The notes beneath the pieces were generated by a model that was not told the DNA's origin, made no database searches, and worked only from the letters and a program-made list of their open reading frames with translations. Source: an uncultured Alloscardovia sp. (GTDB taxonomy: Bacteria > Actinomycetota > Actinomycetes > Actinomycetales > Bifidobacteriaceae). Taken from it: a stretch of DNA of 24,000 bases. The DNA is taken from positions 8,112 to 32,111 of the forward strand of contig CAUTYZ010000003.1 in the NCBI GenBank assembly GCA_963543015.1, in the 5' to 3' direction. The position numbers and the translations under genes are program-made. Below, piece by piece: positions 16,850-24,000 of the stretch. How positions within the stretch are numbered: the first letter of the stretch is position 1; each line of letters opens with the position of its first letter.

Positions 16850-18685
16850 TTAGTCGTTATTGCCCTGCTGCTCGCGGTAACGCTTGAGCAAATCTTCCCA
16901 GCTTTCGTTGGAATTATTGCCGTTGTTATTGTTCTGCGAGTTATTGTTGGAGCTGTTGTCATTTGTTTCTGGAGTATCTGCCTTCGTTTCAGCACTATCC
17001 AAAGTAACAACTACCTGCGTAGTCGAATTATTACGTACGACAGTCAGCGTCGCTTCCTCACCTTCCTGAGCAGCACGAATATATCCGAGAAGCTGGTTAA
17101 TGGAGTTTACGGTCTTACCGTTATAACCGATGATGACATCCCCCTCGCGAAGACCAGCCTTCTGTGCCGCCGAGCCGCTCTTGACAGAAGCAATTTGTGC
17201 ACCAGTCTGCGTACCATTCTGGCTTGTAACTTCAACTGTACGCGCGGTAATACCCAATTCGACGTGAGTTACAGAGCCGTCCTGCATGAGGGAGTTAGCA
17301 ACCCACTTTGCCAAATTCGATGGGATAGCAAAACCGATACCTACAGAACCCAAGCTTGATCCGCCGGACGTGGTGGATGCAGTAGCAATAGAGGAGTTGA
17401 TACCAATCAATTGACCCTCAGTGTTGAAGGTTGGGCCACCAGAATTACCCTGGTTAATGGATGCATCAATCTGGATTGCGTTCGTTGCAACTACTGTGTT
17501 ATCCGACTGTTGCACGGTTACAGGGCGGTTCAATGCAGAAATGATACCGCTTGTTACCGTATTCTGGTATCCCAATGGGCTACCAATTGCCATGACCTGC
17601 TGGCCGACAGCGAGCTTGTCTGAGTTTGCAAATTCTACGACGGTCAAATCTGAAGGGGCATCCTCCATCTGGATAACTGCCAAATCGGTACTTGGATCAG
17701 TTCCGATAATCTTTGCACTGTAGATCTTGCCGTCAGACATCGTCACGGACAGATTCGAAGCGCCATCTACTACGTGATTATTGGTGATAATATAACCATC
17801 TTGGCTAATAATTGCACCCGAACCAGTAACAGTTCCTTCAGAAACTTGTCCACGAATCAAAACAACTGCTGGGGAAACCTTCTTGGCGACTGCTACCCAA
17901 TTTGCTGAGCCGCTTGAGCTGGAGGATGTATCAGGAGCATCGATAACGGATGTCGCGCTGCCTGATCCTGGAACCTTGATCCATCCGCTTGAAATTGCTG
18001 CAACGGTCATACCGAAGACGAGTAAAGCAGCCAGAACGCCTGCTGCCACAGCAGACCAAACTGCAGCAATTGTCGTCTTCTTTTTCTGCTGAGTCGATGC
18101 GTATTGAGAAGCACCGTGAGCAGTGACGCTTGCACGAGTACCGGATGCGTTCGCTGGATCAGCAAAAGGATTTGCAGCATTTTGGTTAGCTACATACATT
18201 GGCGAACCAGGTACGCTGGATGGCTGCTGAGCTGGATTTGCAGCTGGGGTCGCAACTGGATTGGTAGCCGCTGAGGCATTATCCACCGGTGGGATTGTCT
18301 GTGTTGGAACTGCTGACGTGTTTCCTGCCGGAACGATACGAGTTGGATTATATGCTGGGACGACCGTTGGTCCCTGCTGTGTGTATGGGTTGCTCTGAGG
18401 AGCAGCTGGCTGACCCTGAGCTGAGTAGTATGGTGCATTCTGTGGAGCAGAAGGCTGAACAGGCTGCTGTGGCTGAGTCTGGTTCTGCTGTGGAGCTACA
18501 CTTCCCTGCTGTGGAGCGTTCTGCTGAGCTGGGAATGTAGGATACACGCGGGTTGGGTCGGAAGACTGCGTAGGATACTGCTGAGTTGACTGCTCCTGTG
18601 CAGGCTGTGATGCATCGTTGGAATTGTTGTTTACATTATTGAATGACGAGGCGTTCTGTGCCTGGTCGAAGGTTTCATCTGCCAT
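16850..18685 (-). CDS. htrA: HtrA/DegP-family serine protease. Architecture: a Q/P/N-rich N-terminal region of about 200 aa, one TM helix, a trypsin-like domain, a PDZ domain and an Asn-rich C-terminal tail.
   Basis: Catalytic motifs TNNHVV (His), DLAVIQ (Asp) and GNSGGP (Ser). A PDZ-like segment is present (GAQIASVKSGSAAQKAGLREGDVIIGYNG). AAAGGAGAAAA SD upstream of the ATG at 18685. Confidence 0.9.
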   Translation of the reverse strand: MADETFDQAQNASSFNNVNNNSNDASQPAQEQSTQQYPTQSSDPTRVYPTFPAQQNAPQQGSVAPQQNQTQPQQPVQPSAPQNAPYYSAQGQPAAPQSNPYTQQGPTVVPAYNPTRIVPAGNTSAVPTQTIPPVDNASAATNPVATPAANPAQQPSSVPGSPMYVANQNAANPFADPANASGTRASVTAHGASQYASTQQKKKTTIAAVWSAVAAGVLAALLVFGMTVAAISSGWIKVPGSGSATSVIDAPDTSSSSSGSANWVAVAKKVSPAVVLIRGQVSEGTVTGSGAIISQDGYIITNNHVVDGASNLSVTMSDGKIYSAKIIGTDPSTDLAVIQMEDAPSDLTVVEFANSDKLAVGQQVMAIGSPLGYQNTVTSGIISALNRPVTVQQSDNTVVATNAIQIDASINQGNSGGPTFNTEGQLIGINSSIATASTTSGGSSLGSVGIGFAIPSNLAKWVANSLMQDGSVTHVELGITARTVEVTSQNGTQTGAQIASVKSGSAAQKAGLREGDVIIGYNGKTVNSINQLLGYIRAAQEGEEATLTVVRNNSTTQVVVTLDSAETKADTPETNDNSSNNNSQNNNNGNNSNESWEDLLKRYREQQGNND

Positions 18686-18734
18686 TTTTCTCCTTTAGCA
18701 CCTATATGACGTCGTGACGGCGATCTTCTATTTG

Positions 18735-18749
18735 CTAGCTTATAGGAAA
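18735..18749 (-). promoter_or_regulatory. 15-mer CTAGCTTATAGGAAA (minus strand: TTTCCTATAAGCTAG), about 50 nt upstream of the htrA start. Identical to 16715-16729.
   Basis: See 16715-16729. Confidence 0.45.
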
Positions 18750-18969
18750 ACGCATAAACCTGAGAGGATTCTGAAAATGGACTCAAAAGTTTCTGTTTTC
18801 TGCCCTCAGCGCAGGATTCTCCAAAATTAATGCGATTAACACTTCTATTTAACCATGTCGGATATATATCAATTCTGCAAGATTGCTAGAGGAAAATATA
18901 AAGTGTCGTTAAAAGAACCCTAATGAGCATGCACTTTTATCCGGGAATTCTCACTGTCCATTCATAGGC

Positions 18970-20466
18970 ATGATTTACAGTAGTAGTATGACTGATTTAG
19001 CGGAAAATTTACCAGAGTTGGAAAAAGAGAATCCTACCAACTCTGACCAGGAACATACTCTCGAACATACTCTTGAGGGTTCAGAAGTTCCTGCTACTCC
19101 TCAGCGCAAGAAGCGTCGTAAGAAGAAAAAGAAGAAAAGCATTCCTCATTTCAACTATGTCAAGGTAGAAACTCAGGCTCCTGAAGGAACCGTTTTCCCG
19201 AAGCCTAAATTCTCTCCAAAAGGTGCTGAACTTGGCAAACCTGGCGATCGCAGCGCTTTCGGTTTCCAGATTCATACGCGTCTTGAAGGGCGACACGGTC
19301 GCACAGGCGTTATCCACACTCCACACGGCGATATTAAGACTCCATGCTTCGTTCCTGTAGCAACGCAGGCTACGATGAAAGCCGTCACGCGCGAGCAGAT
19401 GGAAGACAATGGAGCACAAGTTATGCTTGCAAACGCATTCCACCTGTACGAACGCCCAGGCGAAGCTGTCATGGATGCTGCTGGCGGTTTGAATGAATTT
19501 ATGAATTGGGATAAGCCAACCTTCACTGATTCTGGCGGTTTTCAAGTCATGAGTCTTGGCGCTGGTTTTAAGAAGACTTTGGCAATGGATGTCGAAGGTA
19601 TGAAAAGCGACGACGTCATCGCGGAGGGCAAAGAACGTCTTGCTTTCGTGGACGAAGACGGCGTAAGTTTCAAGTCTCCACTAAACGGTGGAATGCACCG
19701 CTTCTCTGCGGAAATTTCCATGCGCGTACAGCATCACATCGGCGCTGATATCATGTTTGCCTTTGACGAGCTCACCACGTTGATGAATACTCGTCGTTAT
19801 CAGGAACAGGCTGTGGAACGTACGTATCGTTGGGCTCAGCGCTGCGTTGCCGAGCATAAGCGCTTGACCGAAGAACGTTTAGGCAAAGCATATCAGGCAT
19901 TGTTTGGCGTAGTTCAGGGCGCAAATTACGAGGATTTACGCCGTAAAGCAGCTTCGCAAATTGGTTCTCTCGATTTCGATGGATTTGGAATCGGTGGAGC
20001 TATCGAAAAGCGCATTATGGGCGATATTTGCGCATGGATCTGCGATGAACTTCCTGAAGATAAGCCACGCCACGTCTTGGGAATTGCTGCTGTGGATGAC
20101 ATCTTTGCAGGTGTCGAAAATGGCGGAGACACGTTTGACTGCGTAGCCCCTGCGCGTACTGCACGAAACGGCGCTGTCTTTACCAAGGATGGACGCTGGA
20201 ATATCAAGCGCGCTGCGTATAAGTTTGACTTCTCCCCGATTGAGGATGATTGCGACTGCTATACCTGCCGAAATTACACACGCGCATATGTCAATCATCT
20301 GCTCCGTGCAGGCGAAATGACGGGCGCTACCTTGGCAACCATTCATAACGAGCGATTCTTTATCCGATTGCTGGAACAGATTCGCGAATCCATGGATGGT
20401 GACTATTTCGACGAATTCAAAGAGGCGTACTTGGCACGTTTCTATGCGAACGGATCACGCGGATAA
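18970..20466 (+). CDS. tgt: tRNA-guanine transglycosylase (TGT) family protein. Divergent: it has an N-terminal extension of about 95 aa containing a polybasic tract.
   Basis: TGT motifs TDSGGFQV, AFDE, DD in LGIAAVDDI, FDCV, and the Zn site CDCYTC...IHN. The N-terminal extension contains QRKKRRKKKKKKS (about 19102-19140). No alternative in-frame ATG occurs before the catalytic core except Met7. Confidence 0.85.
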   Translation: MIYSSSMTDLAENLPELEKENPTNSDQEHTLEHTLEGSEVPATPQRKKRRKKKKKKSIPHFNYVKVETQAPEGTVFPKPKFSPKGAELGKPGDRSAFGFQIHTRLEGRHGRTGVIHTPHGDIKTPCFVPVATQATMKAVTREQMEDNGAQVMLANAFHLYERPGEAVMDAAGGLNEFMNWDKPTFTDSGGFQVMSLGAGFKKTLAMDVEGMKSDDVIAEGKERLAFVDEDGVSFKSPLNGGMHRFSAEISMRVQHHIGADIMFAFDELTTLMNTRRYQEQAVERTYRWAQRCVAEHKRLTEERLGKAYQALFGVVQGANYEDLRRKAASQIGSLDFDGFGIGGAIEKRIMGDICAWICDELPEDKPRHVLGIAAVDDIFAGVENGGDTFDCVAPARTARNGAVFTKDGRWNIKRAAYKFDFSPIEDDCDCYTCRNYTRAYVNHLLRAGEMTGATLATIHNERFFIRLLEQIRESMDGDYFDEFKEAYLARFYANGSRG

Positions 20467-20503
20467 TTTTTAGCGAATCATTTTTAGTTGTCGGCTGATA
20501 TGA

Positions 20504-20515
20504 ACGAATATTCGT
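20504..20515. promoter_or_regulatory. Perfect 12-bp palindrome ACGAATATTCGT between the tgt stop and tRNA-Leu
   Basis: Read directly. About 80 bp upstream of the tRNA-Leu 5' end. Confidence 0.25.
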
Positions 20516-20594
20516 AGATGCATTCAATAAAAGACCAGACACGCACTCGCATACTTTGCACGACTCGCGGGGTTATGCTAGTGTAAATGTGTCT

Positions 20595-20678
20595 GCGCAC
20601 ATGGCGGAATGGTAGACGCGCTGGCTTCAGGTGCCAGTGACCGCTAAGGTCGTGGGGGTTCAACTCCCCCTGTGCGCA
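20595..20678 (+). tRNA. tRNA-Leu (anticodon CAG)
   Basis: GCGCACATGGCGGAATGGTAGACGCGCTGGCTTCAGGTGCCAGTGACCGCTAAGGTCGTGGGGGTTCAACTCCCCCTGTGCGCA folds by hand into an 84-nt class II tRNA. It has a long variable arm, anticodon loop TTCAGGT and T-loop TTCAACT. Confidence 0.9.
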
Positions 20679-20686
20679 CAAAATAT

Positions 20687-20720
20687 GTGGTGTGAGCTTG
20701 TATGGTTCACACCACTTTTC
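20687..20720 (+). terminator. Rho-independent terminator after tRNA-Leu
   Basis: 9-bp perfect stem GTGGTGTGA / TCACACCAC with an 11-nt loop, followed by TTTTC. Confidence 0.8.
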
Positions 20721-20871
20721 TATATATGTCTGTATATGGGCTCTTTTAGACTTATATGCCCTATTCACGCTCTTTCACTCAGCTCTCACTCATGTGATTG
20801 ATTGAACCATTAACTCATTGAACAGCGTTCTCCCTACAGCAAGACAGCATCATTTCTCCTTTTTCTTTCGA

Positions 20872-20923
20872 TATAATGAAGTCATCACGTGTCTGACGGA
20901 TAGCGTTATAACGCCGTATAACG
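20872..20923 (+). promoter_or_regulatory. Putative promoter/operator of the reductase-TetR operon. It comprises a TATAAT box (20872-20877), a perfect 12-bp palindrome GCGTTATAACGC (20903-20914) and an adjacent extra half-site CGTATAACG (20915-20923).
   Basis: Read directly: cgaTATAATgaagtcatcacgtgtctgacggataGCGTTATAACGCCGTATAACGag. Lies 70-120 bp upstream of the ATG at 20994. Confidence 0.45.
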
Positions 20924-20993
20924 AGCGAACCTCGTACTTATATTCGCATACACGCACATGCACGTGCTCACGAAATGTATGAAAGGACATCCC

Positions 20994-21887
20994 ATGATCG
21001 GCCTTACAGGAGTTTCAGGAAAACTTGGATCATTAGTCACAGCAGACCTCCAGTCCATTCTCGCAGATAATTCACAAAGCGACGGCTCTCATGAAACAGT
21101 GCGCTATATCGCTCGCTCTCCTCACAAGTTGGAAGGAAAAGTTCCTGAAGGCGTAGAAGTACGCAAGGCTTCATACGAAAATTCTCCAGAATCGGTAGCT
21201 GCTCTCACAGGAGTGGACACCCTCTTCATGGTTTCAGCTGCTGAAAGTCCTACTCGAGTAGACGAACATAAGGCTTTTATCGACGCTGCTCGCGCTGCAG
21301 GCGTTCAGCATATCGTCTATACGAGTTTTTATAATGCCGCTGCGGAGTCAACGTTTACTCTCGGTCGAGATCATGGTCATACAGAGGACTACATTAAGGC
21401 AAGCGGCATGACGTATACCTTCATTCGCGATAATTTCTACTCAGAATTTTTTGCTGACATGATTCTTGAAGGCGGAGAGCTTCGTGGCCCAGCAGGAGAC
21501 GGCGTTGCTTCCTTTGTAAGCCGCGAAGATATCGCTCTCGTCGCTGCTACTATTCTTGCCAATCCCCGGAATTGGAAAAATGTGACTCTTAATATGACCG
21601 GTCCTGAAGAGCTTAGCTTGAGTGATCTCGTTAAGATTACGCGTGATGCATTGGGAACTGACATCCCATACATCAACGAGACAGAAGAGGAAGCGTATCA
21701 GTCGCGTGAGTCTTACGGCGTTCCAGACTGGCAAGTCGAGGCATGGGTAAGCACGTACACGGCTATCCGCGATGGCGAAACTGCTGGTTTAACGGACGAT
21801 ATCGAACGCGTCACAGGAAAAAAACCACGTCGATTTGAAGACGTGCTGCGCGCTGCACATGCAGCATGCGTCGCCCAATCTGCTTAA
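20994..21887 (+). CDS. NmrA-like / QorB (YtfG)-type NAD(P)H-dependent oxidoreductase (atypical SDR)
   Basis: N-terminal MIGLTGVSGKLG Rossmann motif. I recall collinear similarity to E. coli YtfG (YTSF..., FIRDNFYSEFF, GPAGDGVASFVSREDIA). The start is set at the ATG at 20994, which is preceded by AAAGGA. Confidence 0.8.
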   Translation: MIGLTGVSGKLGSLVTADLQSILADNSQSDGSHETVRYIARSPHKLEGKVPEGVEVRKASYENSPESVAALTGVDTLFMVSAAESPTRVDEHKAFIDAARAAGVQHIVYTSFYNAAAESTFTLGRDHGHTEDYIKASGMTYTFIRDNFYSEFFADMILEGGELRGPAGDGVASFVSREDIALVAATILANPRNWKNVTLNMTGPEELSLSDLVKITRDALGTDIPYINETEEEAYQSRESYGVPDWQVEAWVSTYTAIRDGETAGLTDDIERVTGKKPRRFEDVLRAAHAACVAQSA

Positions 21888-21967
21888 ATCTGCACAGTCC
21901 GCTTTTTTGCACAGCCTGCTCATTCTGCAACTCAAAGCGGTTAATTTCACTTCCTTGAATATCACCC

Positions 21968-22861
21968 ATGGCAACGCAACACACACTTCATCTCAGTAAC
22001 GGTCGTACCATCCCTGCGCTCGGCTTTGGTACATTCCAGCCCAGTGCTAGCGCAGGCGAAGGTATAAGCGATAGTATCGCCGAAAATGCGATTTTTGAAG
22101 CTCTCCGAACCGGCTACCGTCTTATAGACACTGCAGCCTTCTACCAAACAGAAGGTGCAGTTGGTTGCGCGGTTCGCCGAGCTCAAGAAGAACTCGGCAT
22201 ATCACGTGAAGAGATTTATGTGACATCGAAGCTCTGGGTGACAGATACGACTTACAATGGCGCTTACCACGCATATTCGGCATCTTTAGAGCGCTCTGGG
22301 CTTGATTATTTCGATCTCTATCTCATTCATAATCCGATGAACGATGTCTTCGGAGCGTGGCGTGCACTCTCCGACATGTATCGTGATGACAGGGTACGTG
22401 CAGTTGGCGTGAGTAATTTTTCTCGAGCACGTATGGAAGATTTGCTGTCCTTTGCATCTCTCGCCCCGCATGTGAATCAGATTGAGGTGAATGTTTTTCA
22501 CCAGCAGAATGCGGACATCGCATATATGCAGGAGCACAATATCATCGTTGAGGCGTGGGCTCCTTTTGCGCGCGGAAAGCATAATCTTTCCGACAACCCA
22601 ATTCTACGTGAAATTTCTGAACGTTATTCTGTGACAATTCAGCAAGTAATTGAACGCTGGTTGATACAGCGATCTGTTATTCCTCTTTCGAAGAGCACGC
22701 ATGCTGAGCGTATTAGAGCAAATTATGATGTGTGGGATTTCGAATTATCTCTCGATGATATGCGAGCCATAGAATCTCTGGATACGGGCTCAAGCCAATT
22801 TTTTGATTGGGATGATCCTGCTGTGTTTGCTCGTTTTGCGAATTTGCCTTTCGAAGGCTAA
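21968..22861 (+). CDS. Aldo-keto reductase (DkgA-like)
   Basis: The AKR catalytic tetrad context is present: LIDTAAFYQTE (Asp, Tyr), TSKLW (Lys), LIHNP (His). 297 aa. Confidence 0.9.
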   Translation: MATQHTLHLSNGRTIPALGFGTFQPSASAGEGISDSIAENAIFEALRTGYRLIDTAAFYQTEGAVGCAVRRAQEELGISREEIYVTSKLWVTDTTYNGAYHAYSASLERSGLDYFDLYLIHNPMNDVFGAWRALSDMYRDDRVRAVGVSNFSRARMEDLLSFASLAPHVNQIEVNVFHQQNADIAYMQEHNIIVEAWAPFARGKHNLSDNPILREISERYSVTIQQVIERWLIQRSVIPLSKSTHAERIRANYDVWDFELSLDDMRAIESLDTGSSQFFDWDDPAVFARFANLPFEG

Positions 22862-22934
22862 TTCGATATCCATATTTGGGTGCGGTGAGATTCCACTGCT
22901 AGCGGTTTCCCCGTTTTCGGGTAAACTTATCGAT

Positions 22935-23549
22935 ATGCCAACGATGACGAGTATCATTCCCCATGTGTCTTCGGACGCAACTCTCTCCAGACCATCCGAG
23001 CACAGCACTCGTGATGCTTTTATGAGTGCTTTTACCGATTTGATGTGCAATTATCCTCTTCACGAGATTACCGTAAAAGAAATTGTGGCTAAAGCAGGGT
23101 TGTCTCGTCAAACATTTTATAAGTATTTTGCGTCGAAGGACGATATTCTTGATGCAAAATTAGACTCACTCTATACTGAGTGCTACGCGGATATCGAGAG
23201 CGCTCAGTGTGCAACGTATTATGATTTTGCTCTTGCGTATTTTACATTTTGGCAAGATCGGCAGGCAGCTCTTCGTACCATTCTTGAGCATAATCCGCAT
23301 TGGCTCTTTTCAGAGACATCGCATGCGTATATGCATCGGTTATATCCGCTTCTTGCTGCGATAAAGAACTCGAATGAAAGCATTCAATCCTACGGTGATT
23401 CCACACATGAAAAATATTTTCAGAACTTCGTTTTTGGCGGAATCGTTCAGGTGGAAGCGACATGGCTGAGCGATGGATGTGCACAATCTCCTGAAGAAAT
23501 TGCATCGTTGCTGTCAAGTTTTTGGGAGATCACACCGAACCGAGCGTAG
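22935..23549 (+). CDS. TetR/AcrR-family transcriptional regulator
   Basis: HTH segment ITVKEIVAKAGLSRQTFYKYFASKDD. The start is set at the ATG at 22935 (MPTMTS...). The first 44 codons of the track ORF overlap the AKR gene end and look non-coding. Confidence 0.8.
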   Translation: MPTMTSIIPHVSSDATLSRPSEHSTRDAFMSAFTDLMCNYPLHEITVKEIVAKAGLSRQTFYKYFASKDDILDAKLDSLYTECYADIESAQCATYYDFALAYFTFWQDRQAALRTILEHNPHWLFSETSHAYMHRLYPLLAAIKNSNESIQSYGDSTHEKYFQNFVFGGIVQVEATWLSDGCAQSPEEIASLLSSFWEITPNRA

Positions 23550-23564
23550 CGTCATCCCGTACAT

Positions 23565-23597
23565 AAAAACGTGGGTAGCAAACGAATGCTACCCACG
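23565..23597 (-). terminator. Rho-independent terminator downstream of the LPXTG-protein gene. It lies between convergent genes.
   Basis: 11-bp perfect stem CGTGGGTAGCA / TGCTACCCACG with a 6-nt loop, followed on the minus strand by TTTTTAT. Confidence 0.85.
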
Positions 23598-23634
23598 CTC
23601 ATGTGAGGCTAACTCATAGAAGCCGCACCATCTC

Positions 23635-24000
23635 CTAGTGCTTGCGCACGCGAATGAGGCTTGCTCCAGCTAGCATTATCGCCAAAGTGATGATGCTCAC
23701 ATAGCCAAGTGAAACACCAGTTTTAGCGAGAGTGCGCTTTGGTTCTGGCTTCTTGGTTGGTACAGGCTTAGGCTCTGGCTTTGGCGCAGAAGCCTTATAC
23801 TGAACGGTGAAATTAATGCCATTTGGAGCCACTGCATCTGACTCGTCTGCCTTTTGCACGCCATTCCATTCGAAAGCAAATGGAATAGAGCGACTTGGCA
23901 AAGTTGCTGTAGCGTTGAAGTTTCCGGATACTTCACCCTTGATAGTGTAATTCGTCCCTGGCTGAGAATCCGTAGTGAACTTCACGTCTGGGACACGAAT
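23635..24000 (-). CDS. Cell-wall-anchored surface protein, C-terminal part (5' end runs off the right window edge)
   Basis: The C-terminus is a P/K/E-rich spacer (APKPEPKPVPTKKPEPKRT), then the sortase-type motif LAKTG, a hydrophobic helix and a basic tail RVRKH*. The frame stays open upstream of the track start (GTG at 23985) to position 24000. Confidence 0.8.
   Translation of the reverse strand: MRVPDVKFTTDSQPGTNYTIKGEVSGNFNATATLPSRSIPFAFEWNGVQKADESDAVAPNGINFTVQYKASAPKPEPKPVPTKKPEPKRTLAKTGVSLGYVSIITLAIMLAGASLIRVRKH

Noticed and set aside
18686-18969. preQ1 riboswitch upstream of tgt
   Set aside because: There is no small hairpin followed by the A-rich ...AAAAAACTA tail. The closest string (aaaagaaccctaatgag) lacks a supporting stem.
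20484-20768. 94-aa minus-strand ORF
   Set aside because: It overlaps the tRNA-Leu gene and its terminator and has no coding signatures.
20679-20993. Integrated mobile element at tRNA-Leu (and at tRNA-Gly, 13871-13941)
   Set aside because: No integrase or recombinase gene is present, and I found no direct repeat of either tRNA 3' end within the window. Only the circumstantial context is reported in the findings.

Overview
This 24-kb, mid-GC chromosomal segment reads like mostly core genome of an actinobacterium of the Bifidobacteriaceae type. That lineage guess rests only on protein signatures and was not checked against any database. I can support 17 intact-looking protein genes (two truncated by the window edges), 2 tRNAs, 2 pseudogenes, several rho-independent terminators and a handful of intergenic repeats and palindromes.

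Gene order:
- secreted surface protein (-, runs off the left edge)
- Sir2 deacetylase (+)
- threonine dehydratase ilvA (-)
- ClC channel with RCK_C tail (+)
- crcB2 and crcB1 (-)
- purA (-)
- class II fructose-bisphosphate aldolase (-)
- P1B-type ATPase (-)
- decayed MFS transporter (+)
- frameshifted DUF1801-like gene (+)
- tRNA-Gly(CCC) (-)
- htpX (-)
- fprA-like ferredoxin-NADP reductase (-)
- htrA (-)
- divergent tgt (+)
- tRNA-Leu(CAG) (+)
- QorB/NmrA-like reductase, aldo-keto reductase and TetR (+)
- LPXTG-type surface protein (-, runs off the right edge)

I found no CRISPR array, IS element, integrase, reverse transcriptase or recognisable defence or toxin cassette. I cannot honestly claim a new multi-gene system here.

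The best leads:
1. A TGT homologue with an altered substrate-pocket motif and a polylysine N-terminal extension.
2. A localised gene-decay zone at 11.6-13.9 kb next to tRNA-Gly: an MFS gene with three in-frame stops plus a frameshift, a frameshifted DUF1801 gene, and short tandem duplications.
3. An identical 15-mer placed upstream of both htrA and fprA.
4. A ClC/CrcB1/CrcB2 anion-channel cluster with no fluoride riboswitch and with His/Ser/Arg-rich N-terminal tails.
5. A P1B ATPase that lacks a metal-binding domain and carries a TPCP transmembrane motif.
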